Below, piece after piece: positions 38,314-49,205 of a DNA stretch of 64,000 bases. Every line of letters begins with the position of its first letter. The first letter of the stretch is position 1. This stretch comes from an uncultured Gemmatimonadales bacterium (GTDB taxonomy: Bacteria > Gemmatimonadota > Gemmatimonadetes > Longimicrobiales > RSA9): NCBI GenBank assembly GCA_963741945.1, contig CAVUKA010000005.1, positions 128,001 to 192,000 of the forward strand, given 5' to 3'. The position numbers were made by a program, and so were the translations under genes. The notes beneath the pieces are model-generated. The model did no database searches, had not been told where the DNA came from, and saw only the letters and a program-made list of their open reading frames with translations.

Positions 38314-39564
38314 CTACCCGCCCTTCCCGAGGTAGAGCTCGGACTCGCGGTAGCGCCCCAGCCCCAGCCCGACCAGGAGCTTGACCAGAATGGCCCCGGG
38401 AATGGCGAGCAGGAGGCCGACGAATCCGAAGAAGAACCCGGCGATCGCCAGGGCGAGGATCACCCAGACGGGGTGCAGTCCCACGGACCCGCCCACGACC
38501 CGCGGACCGAGAACGTTGCCATCGAGGAACTGGACGACGAAGAACACCACCGCCAGCTTGACCAGGTTGGCAAGGAACGACCCGCTCACCACGGCGATGA
38601 TGAGGCCGGGGACCAGGCTGACCACGAGCCCGAGGTACGGGACCAGGTTGAAGACGCCCGCCACGGCACCCACCAGCCCCGAATAGGGGAACCCCGCGAT
38701 CCACAGCCCGACCCAGGTCAGGACGCCCACCAGCGCGGCCTCGATCAGCTGACCGCGCAGGTACCGGGAGAGGAGGCGGTCGTACTCTTTCACGAACGCC
38801 GACCACCCCGCCTGCCGCGGCCTGGGAACGTACGTCCCGAGGCGGGCTACCATCCCGTCGTAGTCGCGCAGCAGGTAGAACGTCAGGACGGGCGTGAGCA
38901 CCACGTAGCCCAGCACGGTCAGGACGCCGACCAGTCCGCGTCCCACGCCGAGCACAGCCTGCCAGCCGTGCTGCGCGATCGCTGCGCGGCGCGCCTGCAG
39001 GTACTCGGTGATCCGCTCGGGTGTCAGCTCGCGGAGACGGGCGGCCAGCGCCGTATCGTCGATGAAGGGGATGTCCACGCCCAGCAGCCCCTGTCGCAAT
39101 CCCTCGATCCAGCGCGCCACCCGGTCCACGAGCTCGGGCGCCCGCCGGATGAGGCTCTCCACCTGGCCGGTCAGCGCCGGGATCCCGAACACGAGCAGCA
39201 GGACCAGGAGACCGGCCACGGGCAATCCCAGGATCAGAACGGCCACGCCTCGGGAGAGCCGGAGCCGCTCGAGCCGGTCCACCACGGGATCCAGGATGTA
39301 GGCCAGGAAGAAGGCGAGGACGAACGGGGCCAGGAGCGTTCCCATGGCCCGAAGCAGCCAGAGCCCGAGCAGGACGGTGGTCGTGCCCACCACCAGCCGA
39401 TGGAACGTGCTCCCGGTGTACGGCGTCAGGAGGACGAGAAGGGCCACGAACAGCACGAGGGGCGACAGAACCTCGTTCACTTCGAAGAGGTAGAGGCCGA
39501 GCACACCGAGCACGGCCACACCATGCACCCAGCGCCAGTCCACTACCTGCATCGGCTGCTTCAT
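38314..39564 (-). CDS. AI-2E family transporter
   Basis: PFVLAFFLAYILDP, YLRGQL, NLVPYLG, VGLHPVWV, GLLLAIP. Confidence 0.92.
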   Translation of the reverse strand: MKQPMQVVDWRWVHGVAVLGVLGLYLFEVNEVLSPLVLFVALLVLLTPYTGSTFHRLVVGTTTVLLGLWLLRAMGTLLAPFVLAFFLAYILDPVVDRLERLRLSRGVAVLILGLPVAGLLVLLLVFGIPALTGQVESLIRRAPELVDRVARWIEGLRQGLLGVDIPFIDDTALAARLRELTPERITEYLQARRAAIAQHGWQAVLGVGRGLVGVLTVLGYVVLTPVLTFYLLRDYDGMVARLGTYVPRPRQAGWSAFVKEYDRLLSRYLRGQLIEAALVGVLTWVGLWIAGFPYSGLVGAVAGVFNLVPYLGLVVSLVPGLIIAVVSGSFLANLVKLAVVFFVVQFLDGNVLGPRVVGGSVGLHPVWVILALAIAGFFFGFVGLLLAIPGAILVKLLVGLGLGRYRESELYLGKGG

Positions 39565-39577
39565 GTCCCGGCCCCGT

Positions 39578-40057
39578 TCAGTCGCCGTCCGGCACCGCTA
39601 GAACGCGAGCGCCCGCCGACTCCAGTACCGTCCGCGCGTTGTCGTACGTGAGCGTCTGGAGCGCTGCGGGCAGCGGCAGCCACAGGCAGGCCGTGATCCC
39701 TTCCTCCACCTGAGGGGTGGTGGCTTCCGTTTCCGTTTCCATCAGGAAGAAATGGCAGTACTTGTGGATCAGGTCGGCCCCTTCGCGGAAGAACCAGTCG
39801 ATGGTGGCCAGCGGGTCGTGCAGCCGCAGGTCGGCGATCCCCGTCTCCTCCTGGACCTCGCGGAGCGCCGTCTGCTCGGCCGTTTCACCGCGCTCCACGT
39901 GCCCCTTCGGCAGGCCCCAGTTGTGGTACGGATCACGGATCAGCAGGAAGTACACCTCCGTGCCGTCCCTGCGGAACACCACTCCACCCGCGCTCGTCTC
40001 GATCCGGACCGGACGCCGCGGCCCGGATCGTCGACGCGACCCCGTCCCCTTACTCAC
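39578..40057 (-). CDS. NUDIX hydrolase
   Basis: SAGGVV, WGLPKGHVERGETAEQTALREVQEETG Nudix box. Confidence 0.92.
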   Translation of the reverse strand: MSKGTGSRRRSGPRRPVRIETSAGGVVFRRDGTEVYFLLIRDPYHNWGLPKGHVERGETAEQTALREVQEETGIADLRLHDPLATIDWFFREGADLIHKYCHFFLMETETEATTPQVEEGITACLWLPLPAALQTLTYDNARTVLESAGARVLAVPDGD

Positions 40058-41024
40058 GCAGGAGAGCCGCTATCTGCACGGCGTTGGTCGCCGCGCCCTT
40101 GCGCAGGTTGTCTGCCACGATCCACATGTGGACAAGGTGCGCCCGATCGGGATCGCGCCGCAATCGCCCCACCCACACATCATCCGTTCCCGCCACATCG
40201 CGGGGCGTCGGATCCCGGCCTTCTTCCGCCACGCGGACGCCCGGCTCACGCTCCAGCGCCTCGCGCGCCTCCGCCACCGTCAGTGCGTGCGCGAGCTCCA
40301 CCACTGCGCTGACCGCGTGCCCCACTTCCACGGGCACCCGAGCGCACGTGGCCGTCACCTCCAGCGACGGCAGCCCCAGGATCTTGCGGGTTTCGTTCCG
40401 CATCTTCTCCTCCTCCTCCGTCCAGCCGTCGGCAGCCATGGGGCCGACGCGCGGAATCACGTTCCCTGCGATCGTGCCGGGGAACGGCGAAGCATCGGCG
40501 CGCGCGCCGCCCAGCTCGGTCCGGTACGCCCGCACCCCCTTCTGTCCGGCGCCAGAGACCGACTGGTAAGTCGTCGCGGCAACGCGGACCAGGCCGGCGG
40601 CGAGGTGGAGGGCGTGGAGCGGGATCACCAGCTGGATGGTCGAGCAGTTCGGGTTGGCAATGATCCCCTTCGGCCTGGATCGCGCCTGCTCTCCGTTCAC
40701 TTCGGGGACGACGAGCGGGACGTCCGCGTCCATCCGCCATGCGGACGAGTTGTCCACCACCACCGCGCCTTCCGACGCGGCCACCGGCGCCCATTCCCGG
40801 CTGACCGCCGCGCCGGCCGAGAACAGGGCGACGTCGCAGCCGGCGAAGGCACCGGGCCGCGGCACCTCCACGGCCCACTCACCCCCGCGCCACGGCAGCC
40901 GCGTGCCCCGGGACCGCTCGGATGCCAGCGGCACCAGCACGTCCGCTTCCGGCAGCCGCTCTTCCAGCAGCTGCAGCATGGTACGGCCCACGGCCCCCGT
41001 CGCCCCCAGCACCGCTACCTTCAC
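40050..41024 (-). CDS. asd: Aspartate-semialdehyde dehydrogenase
   Basis: [46 protein letters not shown]. Confidence 0.96.
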   Translation of the reverse strand: MKVAVLGATGAVGRTMLQLLEERLPEADVLVPLASERSRGTRLPWRGGEWAVEVPRPGAFAGCDVALFSAGAAVSREWAPVAASEGAVVVDNSSAWRMDADVPLVVPEVNGEQARSRPKGIIANPNCSTIQLVIPLHALHLAAGLVRVAATTYQSVSGAGQKGVRAYRTELGGARADASPFPGTIAGNVIPRVGPMAADGWTEEEEKMRNETRKILGLPSLEVTATCARVPVEVGHAVSAVVELAHALTVAEAREALEREPGVRVAEEGRDPTPRDVAGTDDVWVGRLRRDPDRAHLVHMWIVADNLRKGAATNAVQIAALLRE

Positions 41025-42262
41025 GCCTCGCCCCCCCTCGCCAGGCCGAACGTCTCGTGCATCAGGCGCACGGCACGCGTCTCCTGCCCGCCGTCCACCA
41101 TGAGGATGATGGACACCGACGACGAGGAGACCGCGCGCACCTCCACGCCCGCGGCGCTCAGCGTCTCGAACACGAGGGCGAAGACACCGGGCCGCTTGTG
41201 CATGCCGCTGCCCACGAGCGCCACGCGCGCCAGGCCCCGCCGCTCATCCACCCCGTCACCGCCCAGCTCCCGGACCACCGCCTGGCAGATCGCCTCTGCC
41301 GTATCGAGCTCGGCTTCGCTCACCGTGATCTGGACCGCCCGGCCACCATCTGCGTCATCGAGCTGCGTGAGCAGGTCCACGCTGACCCCGGCTTCCATGA
41401 GCCGCGACAGAGCGGTGGTCATCGTGATCATGCTCGCCGGCAGACCCCGCAGCACGAGTTGCGCGTAGCTCCCTTCCGACGCGATGCCCGTGATCGCCGG
41501 ATCTTCCATCGTGGCCTGCCTGGATGTGATCAGAGTCCCTCCTTCCTCTCCCGCCACGAGCGAGGACAGCACGCGCACCGCTACCCCGTAGCGGGCGGCG
41601 ATTTCCACCGCCCGCGGATGCAGGACCCGGGCACCCGAGACCGCCAGCTCCACCATCTCCTCGTATGCCACGGCGGGCAGCAGGCGGGCGTCCGGCACCA
41701 TCCGCGGGTCGGCGCTGAAGACGCCATCCACGTCCGTGAAGACATCGCACCGCTCCGCGCCGAGCGCCGCGGCCAGCGCCACGGCCGTGGTGTCCGACCC
41801 GCCCCGCCCCAGTGTGGTCACTTCACGGCTGCGACTCACGCCCTGGAACCCGGCGACGATGACCACGCGGCCGCCTGCCAGTTCCTCCCGCACCCGGTCC
41901 GCCCGCACTTCCTCGATGCGCGCGCCGGTGTGGTGCGAATCCGTGATGATCGCGGCTTGCGAGCCCGTGAAGCTGATCGCTTCCACGCCGGCCTCACGGA
42001 TCGCCATGGCCAGGAGCGCCATCGAGATCCGCTCGCCCGCCGTCAGGAGCATGTCCATCTCGCGGGGATGCCGGCGCTCCGGACCGTCGCTGACCGAGCG
42101 CGCCAGCGCGACCAGGTCGTCCGTGGTGTCCCCCATTGCAGACACCACCACCACCAGGTCATGCCCGTCACCGCGGAAACGGCACACCCGCTCCGCCACT
42201 CGCCGGATCCGCTCCGGAGTGCCCACGGACGTGCCGCCGTACTTCTGAACCAGTAGCGCCAT
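41021..42262 (-). CDS. lysC: Aspartate kinase
   Basis: [36 protein letters not shown], two ACT domains. Confidence 0.95.
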   Translation of the reverse strand: MALLVQKYGGTSVGTPERIRRVAERVCRFRGDGHDLVVVVSAMGDTTDDLVALARSVSDGPERRHPREMDMLLTAGERISMALLAMAIREAGVEAISFTGSQAAIITDSHHTGARIEEVRADRVREELAGGRVVIVAGFQGVSRSREVTTLGRGGSDTTAVALAAALGAERCDVFTDVDGVFSADPRMVPDARLLPAVAYEEMVELAVSGARVLHPRAVEIAARYGVAVRVLSSLVAGEEGGTLITSRQATMEDPAITGIASEGSYAQLVLRGLPASMITMTTALSRLMEAGVSVDLLTQLDDADGGRAVQITVSEAELDTAEAICQAVVRELGGDGVDERRGLARVALVGSGMHKRPGVFALVFETLSAAGVEVRAVSSSSVSIILMVDGGQETRAVRLMHETFGLARGGEA

Positions 42263-42378
42263 CAACGCCCCGCTGCCGCCGCCCCGCTCCAGGGCGGGTG
42301 GCGCAAGTTGCCCATCCCGCCCTCCCCGACGCAACTGGCGGACCGCCCCCCGCTGGGCGCCAGGCGGAGCGGCGCCCG

Positions 42379-43368
42379 CTAGAAGACTTTCAGGTTGATG
42401 TACTTCCCCGGGTTCCGCTGGAAGTCGAGGAGCAGGTCCTGAACCAGGGCGTTGGTCTGCACCAGCTGATTGTAGAGAGCGGTGTCCTGGAGCAGCTGCC
42501 CCAGGCTGCCCTGCCCCTGCTGGACCTGTGCCAGGATGGCGCTCAAGGATGCGAACGCGCTGTCCGCCGAAACGATGGTGCTCTGGATGTTGCCACTGGT
42601 GGCGCTCAGCTGACTCGAGAGCGTGTCCAGCGCCGCCGTCGTCGCCTGGACATTGTTCATGATCGCGGTCAGCTGCCCCTGTGAGATGGCGTTCTCGATC
42701 TCGGTGAAGGCGCGGTTCGCCGTCTCCGCCGCTTCGCCCAGGGTCTTCGTGGTGGTCTCCAGCCCCGCGGCCACCTCCTGCACCGTCTGCTCCTGCGCCT
42801 GGACCAGGTTCGTCAGCTGGGACGTGACCTCCTGGATGTTGTCGATGGCCCGTCGGATGTTCAGCGCCGTCTCTTCCGTGAAGGCGATGTCCACCCGGTC
42901 CGTGATCACCGCCAGGTTCTGCGCGATCCGATCCGCCACTGCGGTCAGCCGGGACATGTCCGGCAGCGAATAGCCGGGGAGTACGCCGGGCTCCTGCGGC
43001 ACGGCATAGTCGTAGAAGCCGTATCGCGACCTCGATGAGATCTCCGCCTGCCAGTCGCCGAACATGGACTCCGGCGCCAGGATCACCACCGCGTCTTCCG
43101 GGAGCGCGGCGTCCGAGGAGAGGTTCATCCGAACCATCACCCCGGCCGCGCGTGTATCCAGCGTGATCTCTTCCACCTGACCGATCGGGACGCCCCGCAG
43201 CTTCACGGCGTTTCCCGTCTGCAGCTGACCGACCTCCCGGAACCAGGCCCTCACTTCATGCTCCTCCTGGCCCACGTTCCACCCCTGCATCCAGAGGGTC
43301 CCGGCCACGACCAGGGCAATGCCCAGGATGAAGACGAGCCCCACGCGGACATCGGTTCGCATGCTCAC
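42379..43368 (-). CDS. mlaD: MlaD/MCE family protein
   Basis: N-terminal [22 protein letters not shown] domain, helical tail, GSLGQLL, NPGKY. Confidence 0.88.
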   Translation of the reverse strand: MSMRTDVRVGLVFILGIALVVAGTLWMQGWNVGQEEHEVRAWFREVGQLQTGNAVKLRGVPIGQVEEITLDTRAAGVMVRMNLSSDAALPEDAVVILAPESMFGDWQAEISSRSRYGFYDYAVPQEPGVLPGYSLPDMSRLTAVADRIAQNLAVITDRVDIAFTEETALNIRRAIDNIQEVTSQLTNLVQAQEQTVQEVAAGLETTTKTLGEAAETANRAFTEIENAISQGQLTAIMNNVQATTAALDTLSSQLSATSGNIQSTIVSADSAFASLSAILAQVQQGQGSLGQLLQDTALYNQLVQTNALVQDLLLDFQRNPGKYINLKVF

Positions 43369-44117
43369 GTCATCGACTCCTGAATCAGCTCGGGCCTCCC
43401 CTCGATGAAACCGCGGACGATCGGGTCGTCCGTGGCCTGGATCTGCTCCGGCGTGCCCACACTGCGAATGCGCCCTTCATACAGCATCGCGATGCGATCC
43501 GCCACTCGGTAGGCGCTCGTCATGTCGTGCGTCACTACCACGCTCGTGACCCCCAGCTCCTGGTCCATCTTGAGGATGAGCCCGTCGATCACCGCCGTCG
43601 TCACGGGATCGAGCCCCGTGGTCGGTTCGTCGTACAGCAGGTACTTCGGGTGCGTGGCCACGGCGCGAGCCAGGCCCACCCGCTTGCGCTGCCCACCCGA
43701 CAGCTGCCCGGGCATCTGCGGGCCGTATCCCTCCATCTCCACCAGCCGGAGCGACTCCTCCACGCGCGCGGCCCGCTCCGCCGGGGACAGCTCCGTCATC
43801 CGCTTCAGCCCCATCTCGATGTTCTGGCGCACCGTCATGGAGTCGAACAGCGCCGCGAACTGGAAGACGTAGCCCACCTGGCGCCGGAGCTGGTACAGCG
43901 CCGGCTTCGACAGCTCCGTCACCACCTTTCCGTCGACTTCCACCCGCCCCTGATCCGGCTCGAGCAGTCCGACAATGGTCTTCAGCAGCACCGACTTCCC
44001 CACGCCGGAAGCGCCGATCACCGCCACAGTCTCCCCCTCGTTCACATCCAGGGAGACGGCCTCCAGCACCAGCTTCGGGCCGAACGACTTGGACACGCCC
44101 TCCAGGATGATGCTCAT
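43365..44117 (-). CDS. mlaF: Mla-type ABC ATPase
   Basis: GASGVGKS, FQFAALFDSMTV, LSGGQRKRVGLARA, LYDEPTTGLDP. Confidence 0.92.
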   Translation of the reverse strand: MSIILEGVSKSFGPKLVLEAVSLDVNEGETVAVIGASGVGKSVLLKTIVGLLEPDQGRVEVDGKVVTELSKPALYQLRRQVGYVFQFAALFDSMTVRQNIEMGLKRMTELSPAERAARVEESLRLVEMEGYGPQMPGQLSGGQRKRVGLARAVATHPKYLLYDEPTTGLDPVTTAVIDGLILKMDQELGVTSVVVTHDMTSAYRVADRIAMLYEGRIRSVGTPEQIQATDDPIVRGFIEGRPELIQESMT

Positions 44118-44896
44118 AGCAGCGTCACCGCCCAGAACGCGTCCAGCACCAGGATCAGCATGCTGCTGACCACCACGGCCTGCGTGGTGGACCGACCCAC
44201 CGCCTCCGCGCCGCCCCGCGTGGTGAAGCCGAAGAAGGCGCCAATGGCTGTCACGGCGAAGCCGAAGGAGGCGGCCTTGATCAGGGAATAGGTCACGTCG
44301 AACGTGTAGAAGTACATCCGCACGCCGCGCACGAACTCGGGCGACGAGAGGTCGAGCAGGTTGATGGCCGTGATCCACCCGGCGATGAGGCCCATGGCAT
44401 CCGCGAATGCCACCACCAGCGGGAACATGATCAGCCCCGCCAGCACCCGGGGCACGACCAGGTACGAGAACGGGTTGTAGGCCAGCGTCTCCAGGGCGTC
44501 GATCTGCTCGGTCACGCGCATGGTCCCGATCTCCGCGGCGATGTTCGCACCCACGCGACCGGCGAGCGCCAGGCCGGTCAGCACAGGGCCGAGCTCCAGC
44601 AGCATCGTCTTCCCGACGAGCACACCCACGAAATAGAGCGGAACCGCCCCGGTGAAGGTGTAGGAGGCCTGGAGCGCCAGCACGATACCGGTGAAAGCGG
44701 AGATGAAGAGGGCGATCGGGATGGACGCGACGCCCACTCTCGCCATCTGCGTCACGATCTCCCGCAGCCACGTGGGCGTGTCGGCCACCGCACGAGTGAC
44801 CCGACCGAGGAACCGGCCGAACTCGCCGAACCCGGCCACGAACGTGGTCAGCGATCGGCCGAGCCATGCCAGGGGTACGCTCAATGCGCGGATCAT
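44114..44896 (-). CDS. mlaE: MlaE family permease
   Basis: ELGPVLTGL..AGRVG, EIGTMRVTEQIDAL, YLVVPR, GAEAVGRSTT; ATG 44908 is an alternative start. Confidence 0.93.
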   Translation of the reverse strand: MIRALSVPLAWLGRSLTTFVAGFGEFGRFLGRVTRAVADTPTWLREIVTQMARVGVASIPIALFISAFTGIVLALQASYTFTGAVPLYFVGVLVGKTMLLELGPVLTGLALAGRVGANIAAEIGTMRVTEQIDALETLAYNPFSYLVVPRVLAGLIMFPLVVAFADAMGLIAGWITAINLLDLSSPEFVRGVRMYFYTFDVTYSLIKAASFGFAVTAIGAFFGFTTRGGAEAVGRSTTQAVVVSSMLILVLDAFWAVTLL

Positions 44897-44977
44897 GGCG
44901 CGGAACATAGAAGCGCCCCAGCGCCGCGGCCACCCCGCGGGGGCTGGACGGCGCGCGGCTTGCACAGGCCACCGGCC

Positions 44978-45919
44978 GTGCCCAACGACCGAGCCCGACG
45001 GCCTGCCCGGGGATACGTCATCATCGGCGTGCTCCTCCTCGCTGCCGTCCTGATCGTGAACATGGATGCCGTCCTGGACCTGTTCCGCGACCACCTCCGG
45101 GTGGTGGCCCTCGTCCCGGAAGCTCCAGCCATCCGCGTCGGTTCGCCCGCACTCCTGGAGGGCGTTCCCGTGGGGCGGGTCACGCGCATCGCCTTCGTCC
45201 ATGCGGGAGACTCCGCGACCCTCGCCCTCGATCTGCGTCTGGACGGCCGCGCTCGCGCGCTCCTGCGCTCCGACAGCCGCGCCCGGGCCACGCGCCAGCG
45301 CTTCGTCGGCCAGCCCGTGATCGTGCTCTCGGCCGGGCACGAAGGCGCAGCCACCATCCGCAATGGCGACACGCTCCGGGGGCGGCCACTCCCCTCCCTG
45401 CAGGACATCCTCGAGCGAGGGCGCCGCCTCGGCGCAGCCACCGATTCCGTGCTCCAGGACACGAGCGCGCTTCGCCGTCTGACCAGCGCGCGCGCCCCCG
45501 AGATCCGACGCCTCCGTGACGCCCTTTCCTCCCTGGCCGGCGAGGCCGGAGACCTGGTCACCACCGTCCGCGAAGGCCCCGCGTCCGAGGCCACCCGACC
45601 CGGGGGCGCGCTCGACCGGCTGGGCGCGGTCCGGCGTGACCTGGACCGGGTGATCGAGGCACTCGGCGCGGCGGAATCCCGGTACCGGACCGGAGGGGGA
45701 GGCGAGCTGGGCACGCGGCTCATGGATGTTCGCCGGCGCGCGTCCGAGCTGGACGCTTCGGTGGCCCGGCTCCAGGACCGATTCGGCGCGGGCGCCGGGA
45801 TCGTCGGGAGGCTGCCCCGGGACTCGGCGCTGTTCGTCGCCGTCCAGAGCCTGCGCGCCAGCGTGGACTCGCTGGTCTCCGATGCCGGCAGCCTTGCCGT
45901 CCGGATGTTCCTACCCTGA
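44978..45919 (+). CDS. Second, divergent MlaD/MCE family protein
   Basis: N-terminal TM, IRVGSPALLEGVPVGRVTRI MCE pattern, helical C-terminus. Confidence 0.7.
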   Translation: MPNDRARRPARGYVIIGVLLLAAVLIVNMDAVLDLFRDHLRVVALVPEAPAIRVGSPALLEGVPVGRVTRIAFVHAGDSATLALDLRLDGRARALLRSDSRARATRQRFVGQPVIVLSAGHEGAATIRNGDTLRGRPLPSLQDILERGRRLGAATDSVLQDTSALRRLTSARAPEIRRLRDALSSLAGEAGDLVTTVREGPASEATRPGGALDRLGAVRRDLDRVIEALGAAESRYRTGGGGELGTRLMDVRRRASELDASVARLQDRFGAGAGIVGRLPRDSALFVAVQSLRASVDSLVSDAGSLAVRMFLP

Positions 45920-45921
45920 GC

Positions 45922-46269
45922 TCAGCCGTGCCGGTCGACGATGAACTGGATATCGGAGGCGCCCAGATCACCGGGGTCCCCATCACGTGTTCCTGTCTCC
46001 ACGATGATGCGGCGGACCACGCGGCGCGGGTCGTGCAGAACGACCTCGAAGCGGAGCCCCTGTTCGTCGCTGCGGATCTCGGTTCGGACCTGCCGACCGG
46101 GCGCTCTCTCCGGCCCGTCCGGGTTGGAGAACAGCGTCTTGGTCGATTGACGCCCCGAATCCAGCAGGCGAGTGACCTTCACCTGGCCGAGCCAGTCCGG
46201 CTGATAGCTGACGATGTAGTCGCAGCCCTGCTGGTCCGTCCCCTGACCTTCACGATTGTGGCGCGCCAT
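45922..46269 (-). CDS. Hypothetical protein
   Basis: GAGG RBS; YIVSYQPDWL..VKVTR.L.SGRQSTKTLF.NP. Confidence 0.65.
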   Translation of the reverse strand: MARHNREGQGTDQQGCDYIVSYQPDWLGQVKVTRLLDSGRQSTKTLFSNPDGPERAPGRQVRTEIRSDEQGLRFEVVLHDPRRVVRRIIVETGTRDGDPGDLGASDIQFIVDRHG

Positions 46270-46395
46270 GCGTTCCTCGTCGGTGGGCTGGTAAAGTCCT
46301 CCCACCGCGCCCGGGTGTCAAGCGAATCCACTCGTCCCCGTTCCGGCCGGGGACGACGTGGGCTCGTGGCTTGCCGCGAGCTCGTGGCTTGCCTC

Positions 46396-46424
46396 TTGAC
46401 CCGGGAGCCGGCCCGTGGTAACCT
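46396..46424 (+). promoter_or_regulatory. Sigma70-type promoter for rho
   Basis: TTGACC-17 nt-TAACCT with extended -10 TG. Confidence 0.6.
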
Positions 46425-46583
46425 TGCGCCAATCACCCTCGACCACAAACCTGCCGAAGGCGGGACGGCTCCGCCGGTCGAATTTCCGTTCTTCCCACTT
46501 CACACCTCCGCTGTCGGTCCTGACGTCGGCCCGCTGCGGCCGGCACATCGTTGGCCCAGAGCGGACGTGAAATGGAGACTCAC

Positions 46584-47837
46584 GTGGATATCACAGAACT
46601 GAAGAGTAAATCGATCCCCGAGCTCCACGGCATGGCCGAGGAGCTCCAGATTTCTAATTTCTCCGGGCTCCGCAAGCAGGACCTCATCTTCCGCATCGAG
46701 CAGAACCTGCTGGACAGCGATGTGGTCCTGCGCGGAGAGGGCGTTCTCGAGGTTCTGCCGGAAGGGTACGGATTCCTCCGGTCCCAGGACTGGAACTACC
46801 TGTACGGTCCGGACGACATCTACGTCTCGCCCTCCCAGATCAAGCGCTTCGATCTCCGCACGGGCGACACCGTGCTGGGGCAGGTTCGTCCGCCCAAGGA
46901 GGGCGAGCGGTACCTGGCCCTGCTCAAGGTGGAGGAAGTCAATGGCGCCGATCCGGACACGGCGAAGCACCGGATCGCGTTCGACAACCTCCGGCCCCGC
47001 TACCCGGAAGACCGGCTGCGGCTGGAGGAGGCGTCGGCCGACCTCTCCATGCGGCTGATGGACCTGATCAGCCCGATCGGCAAAGGGCAGCGCGGCCTCA
47101 TCGTCTCGCCTCCCAAGGCGGGCAAGACGATCCTCCTCCAGAAGATCGCCAACGCGGTGATCGAGAATCAGCCGGATGTCCACCTCATCGTCCTGCTCAT
47201 CGACGAGCGGCCCGAAGAGGTGACCGACATGGAGGAGCACGTACCGGCCGAAATCATCTCGTCCACGTTCGACGAGCCCGCCGACCGGCACACGCAGGTG
47301 GCGGAGATGGTGCTCGAGAAAGCCAAGCGGCTGGTCGAGGCCGGACGCGACGTGGTCATCCTCCTCGACTCCATCACCCGCCTCGCCCGCGCCTACAACG
47401 TCACCGTGCCGCACTCGGGGAAGATCCTCTCCGGCGGCGTGGACGCGAACGCGCTGCACAAGCCCAAGCGCTTCTTCGGCGCTGCCCGCAACATCGATGG
47501 CGGCGGATCCCTCACCATCATCGCCACCGCGCTCATCGAGACGGGCTCGCGCATGGACGAAGTGATCTTCGAGGAGTTCAAGGGGACGGGGAACATGGAG
47601 GTGATCCTGGACCGGCACATCGCCGACAAGCGGATCTTCCCCGCCATCGACATCAACCGGTCGAGCACCCGCAAGGAAGAGCTGCTCCTCAGCGACTCCG
47701 AGCTCAACCGCGTCTACCTCCTGCGCAACTTCCTCTCGGACATGCCGCCGGCGGAAGCCCTCGAGTTCCTGCTCGAGCGGATGCGGCGGACCAAGACCAA
47801 CCAGGAGTTCCTCGACAGCATGACCAAGGCCGGGTAA
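46584..47837 (+). CDS. rho: Transcription termination factor Rho
   Basis: [56 protein letters not shown] after GGAG (ATG 46572 alternative). Confidence 0.97.
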   Translation: MDITELKSKSIPELHGMAEELQISNFSGLRKQDLIFRIEQNLLDSDVVLRGEGVLEVLPEGYGFLRSQDWNYLYGPDDIYVSPSQIKRFDLRTGDTVLGQVRPPKEGERYLALLKVEEVNGADPDTAKHRIAFDNLRPRYPEDRLRLEEASADLSMRLMDLISPIGKGQRGLIVSPPKAGKTILLQKIANAVIENQPDVHLIVLLIDERPEEVTDMEEHVPAEIISSTFDEPADRHTQVAEMVLEKAKRLVEAGRDVVILLDSITRLARAYNVTVPHSGKILSGGVDANALHKPKRFFGAARNIDGGGSLTIIATALIETGSRMDEVIFEEFKGTGNMEVILDRHIADKRIFPAIDINRSSTRKEELLLSDSELNRVYLLRNFLSDMPPAEALEFLLERMRRTKTNQEFLDSMTKAG

Positions 47838-47840
47838 GCA

Positions 47841-47894
47841 ACTGCGGGAGCACTGCGGGAGCACTGCGGGAGCACTGCGGGAGCACTGCGGGAG
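47841..47894 (+). repeat. 11-bp tandem repeat ACTGCGGGAGC, five copies (last lacks the final C)
   Basis: Direct reading, starts 4 nt after the rho stop. Confidence 0.92.
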
Positions 47895-47913
47895 AGCGCG
47901 GAGGACGGCGGAT

Positions 47914-47939
47914 CACGCGAAGGCGCGGAGAGCGCGGAG
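47914..47939 (+). repeat. Single CGCGGAG-family core CACGCGAAGGCGCGGAGAGCGCGGAG
   Basis: Near-identical to the reverse complement of 55160-55185; a partial copy precedes it at about 47889-47904. Confidence 0.8.
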
Positions 47940-47986
47940 GACGGGTGGGGCTGGTCGGGTGGCGCGGACTCAACGGCGGGGGGGAG

Positions 47987-48451
47987 CTAGGGCCGAGCGT
48001 ACGCGGAGGCCGTCACCTTCCCCTCGACGAGCAGTTCGATGGTGGCCTCCTGCGCGCGGCTCAGGCGGGCCGGGGCGCGGAGGAGCACGGCGGACAGGGC
48101 GTCGTCGTCAGGGAGCCAGAGGAGCATGCCCTGGGGCGGGCGATCCGGGTCGGGCGCCAGTGCACGGCCGGAAGGCCCGACCTCCACCACCCGGCCGGTC
48201 CCCGTCTCGTCGATGATCATGCGGCCGTAGTCCAGCCAGGCGGTGAGGGGGTCAGCATCCCCGGCCACGGCGGGTACGAGCCGCTCCTCGAAGTACGCCG
48301 CGGCGCGGTCGTAGCCGGCGGCGTTGCGCTGCTTCAGCTGGCGCAGCGCGTGCCGGAAGTAGGGACGGGGGTCGCGGACGGAGCTGTCGCTGAGTGCCTG
48401 ATCGAGGCGACGATCGGCGCGCGCGCGGCTGTCGTCGGATGCGTCTGCCAT
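47987..48451 (-). CDS. Hypothetical protein
   Basis: RDPRPYFR..LRQLK, DPLTAWLDYG, LSRAQEAT..LLV; TTGACC-17-CATCCT directly upstream. Confidence 0.7.
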   Translation of the reverse strand: MADASDDSRARADRRLDQALSDSSVRDPRPYFRHALRQLKQRNAAGYDRAAAYFEERLVPAVAGDADPLTAWLDYGRMIIDETGTGRVVEVGPSGRALAPDPDRPPQGMLLWLPDDDALSAVLLRAPARLSRAQEATIELLVEGKVTASAYARP

Positions 48452-48553
48452 GGCCGGAGGATGCCGGCGCGCGCGGGGCGGGTCAAGCGGCTTTCACGGA
48501 CCCGGGGGTGGCGCTAACTTAGCCATCCCTTGCCCCCAACCGGAGATTCCGCC

Positions 48554-49108
48554 ATGCCAGCCCAGCGGCTCGAACCCGACCGGATGCCCGTGCCCGAAGC
48601 TTCCCTCCATGGCGACGGCGTGCTGGAGCTGACGTGGGAGGTCTTCGGCGAGCTTTCGCGCGCGCTGGCCGTGAACGTTGCCCGCGACTACGCGCCGAAC
48701 ATCATCATCGGCATCGCCAAGGCGGGCGTGATCCCGGGCGCCGTCATCGCCACCATCCTTCGCCAGGACTTCTTCTCCATGACCATCACCCGCCGGTCGG
48801 GGATGGAACGCGTCCGTGAACAGCCCGAGATCCTGAGCGCGGCGCCGCTCCAGGCGAAAGGCCGGCGCGTGCTGATCGTGGACGAGATCTGCACGTCGGG
48901 CGAGACGCTCCGCATGGCCGTGTCCGCCGTGCGCGCCGTCCGGCCGGCGGCCATCCGGACGGCCAGCAGCTTCGTCAAGGCGGGCGGCTACAAGCCAGAC
49001 TACTACGCGGTGGAGACCGACGCCGCGGTGATCTTCCCGTGGGACCGGCAGGTGGTGGGCGAGGAGGGCGAGCTGGTGGTGAACCCGCAGTACCGGGAGT
49101 TGCTCTGA
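48554..49108 (+). CDS. Type I phosphoribosyltransferase
   Basis: IIGIAKAGVIPG, VLIVDEICTSGETL, PDYY, IFPW. Confidence 0.9.
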   Translation: MPAQRLEPDRMPVPEASLHGDGVLELTWEVFGELSRALAVNVARDYAPNIIIGIAKAGVIPGAVIATILRQDFFSMTITRRSGMERVREQPEILSAAPLQAKGRRVLIVDEICTSGETLRMAVSAVRAVRPAAIRTASSFVKAGGYKPDYYAVETDAAVIFPWDRQVVGEEGELVVNPQYRELL

Positions 49109-49205
49109 GCGGCGACGCGGCAAGCGCCGGCTCGCGGGGCCGTCGCCGACCTGCGTTGCGCCCGCGGGCTGCGGCGGCGGGGGGTGCGGCGGGGCGCCCG
49201 CGCAG

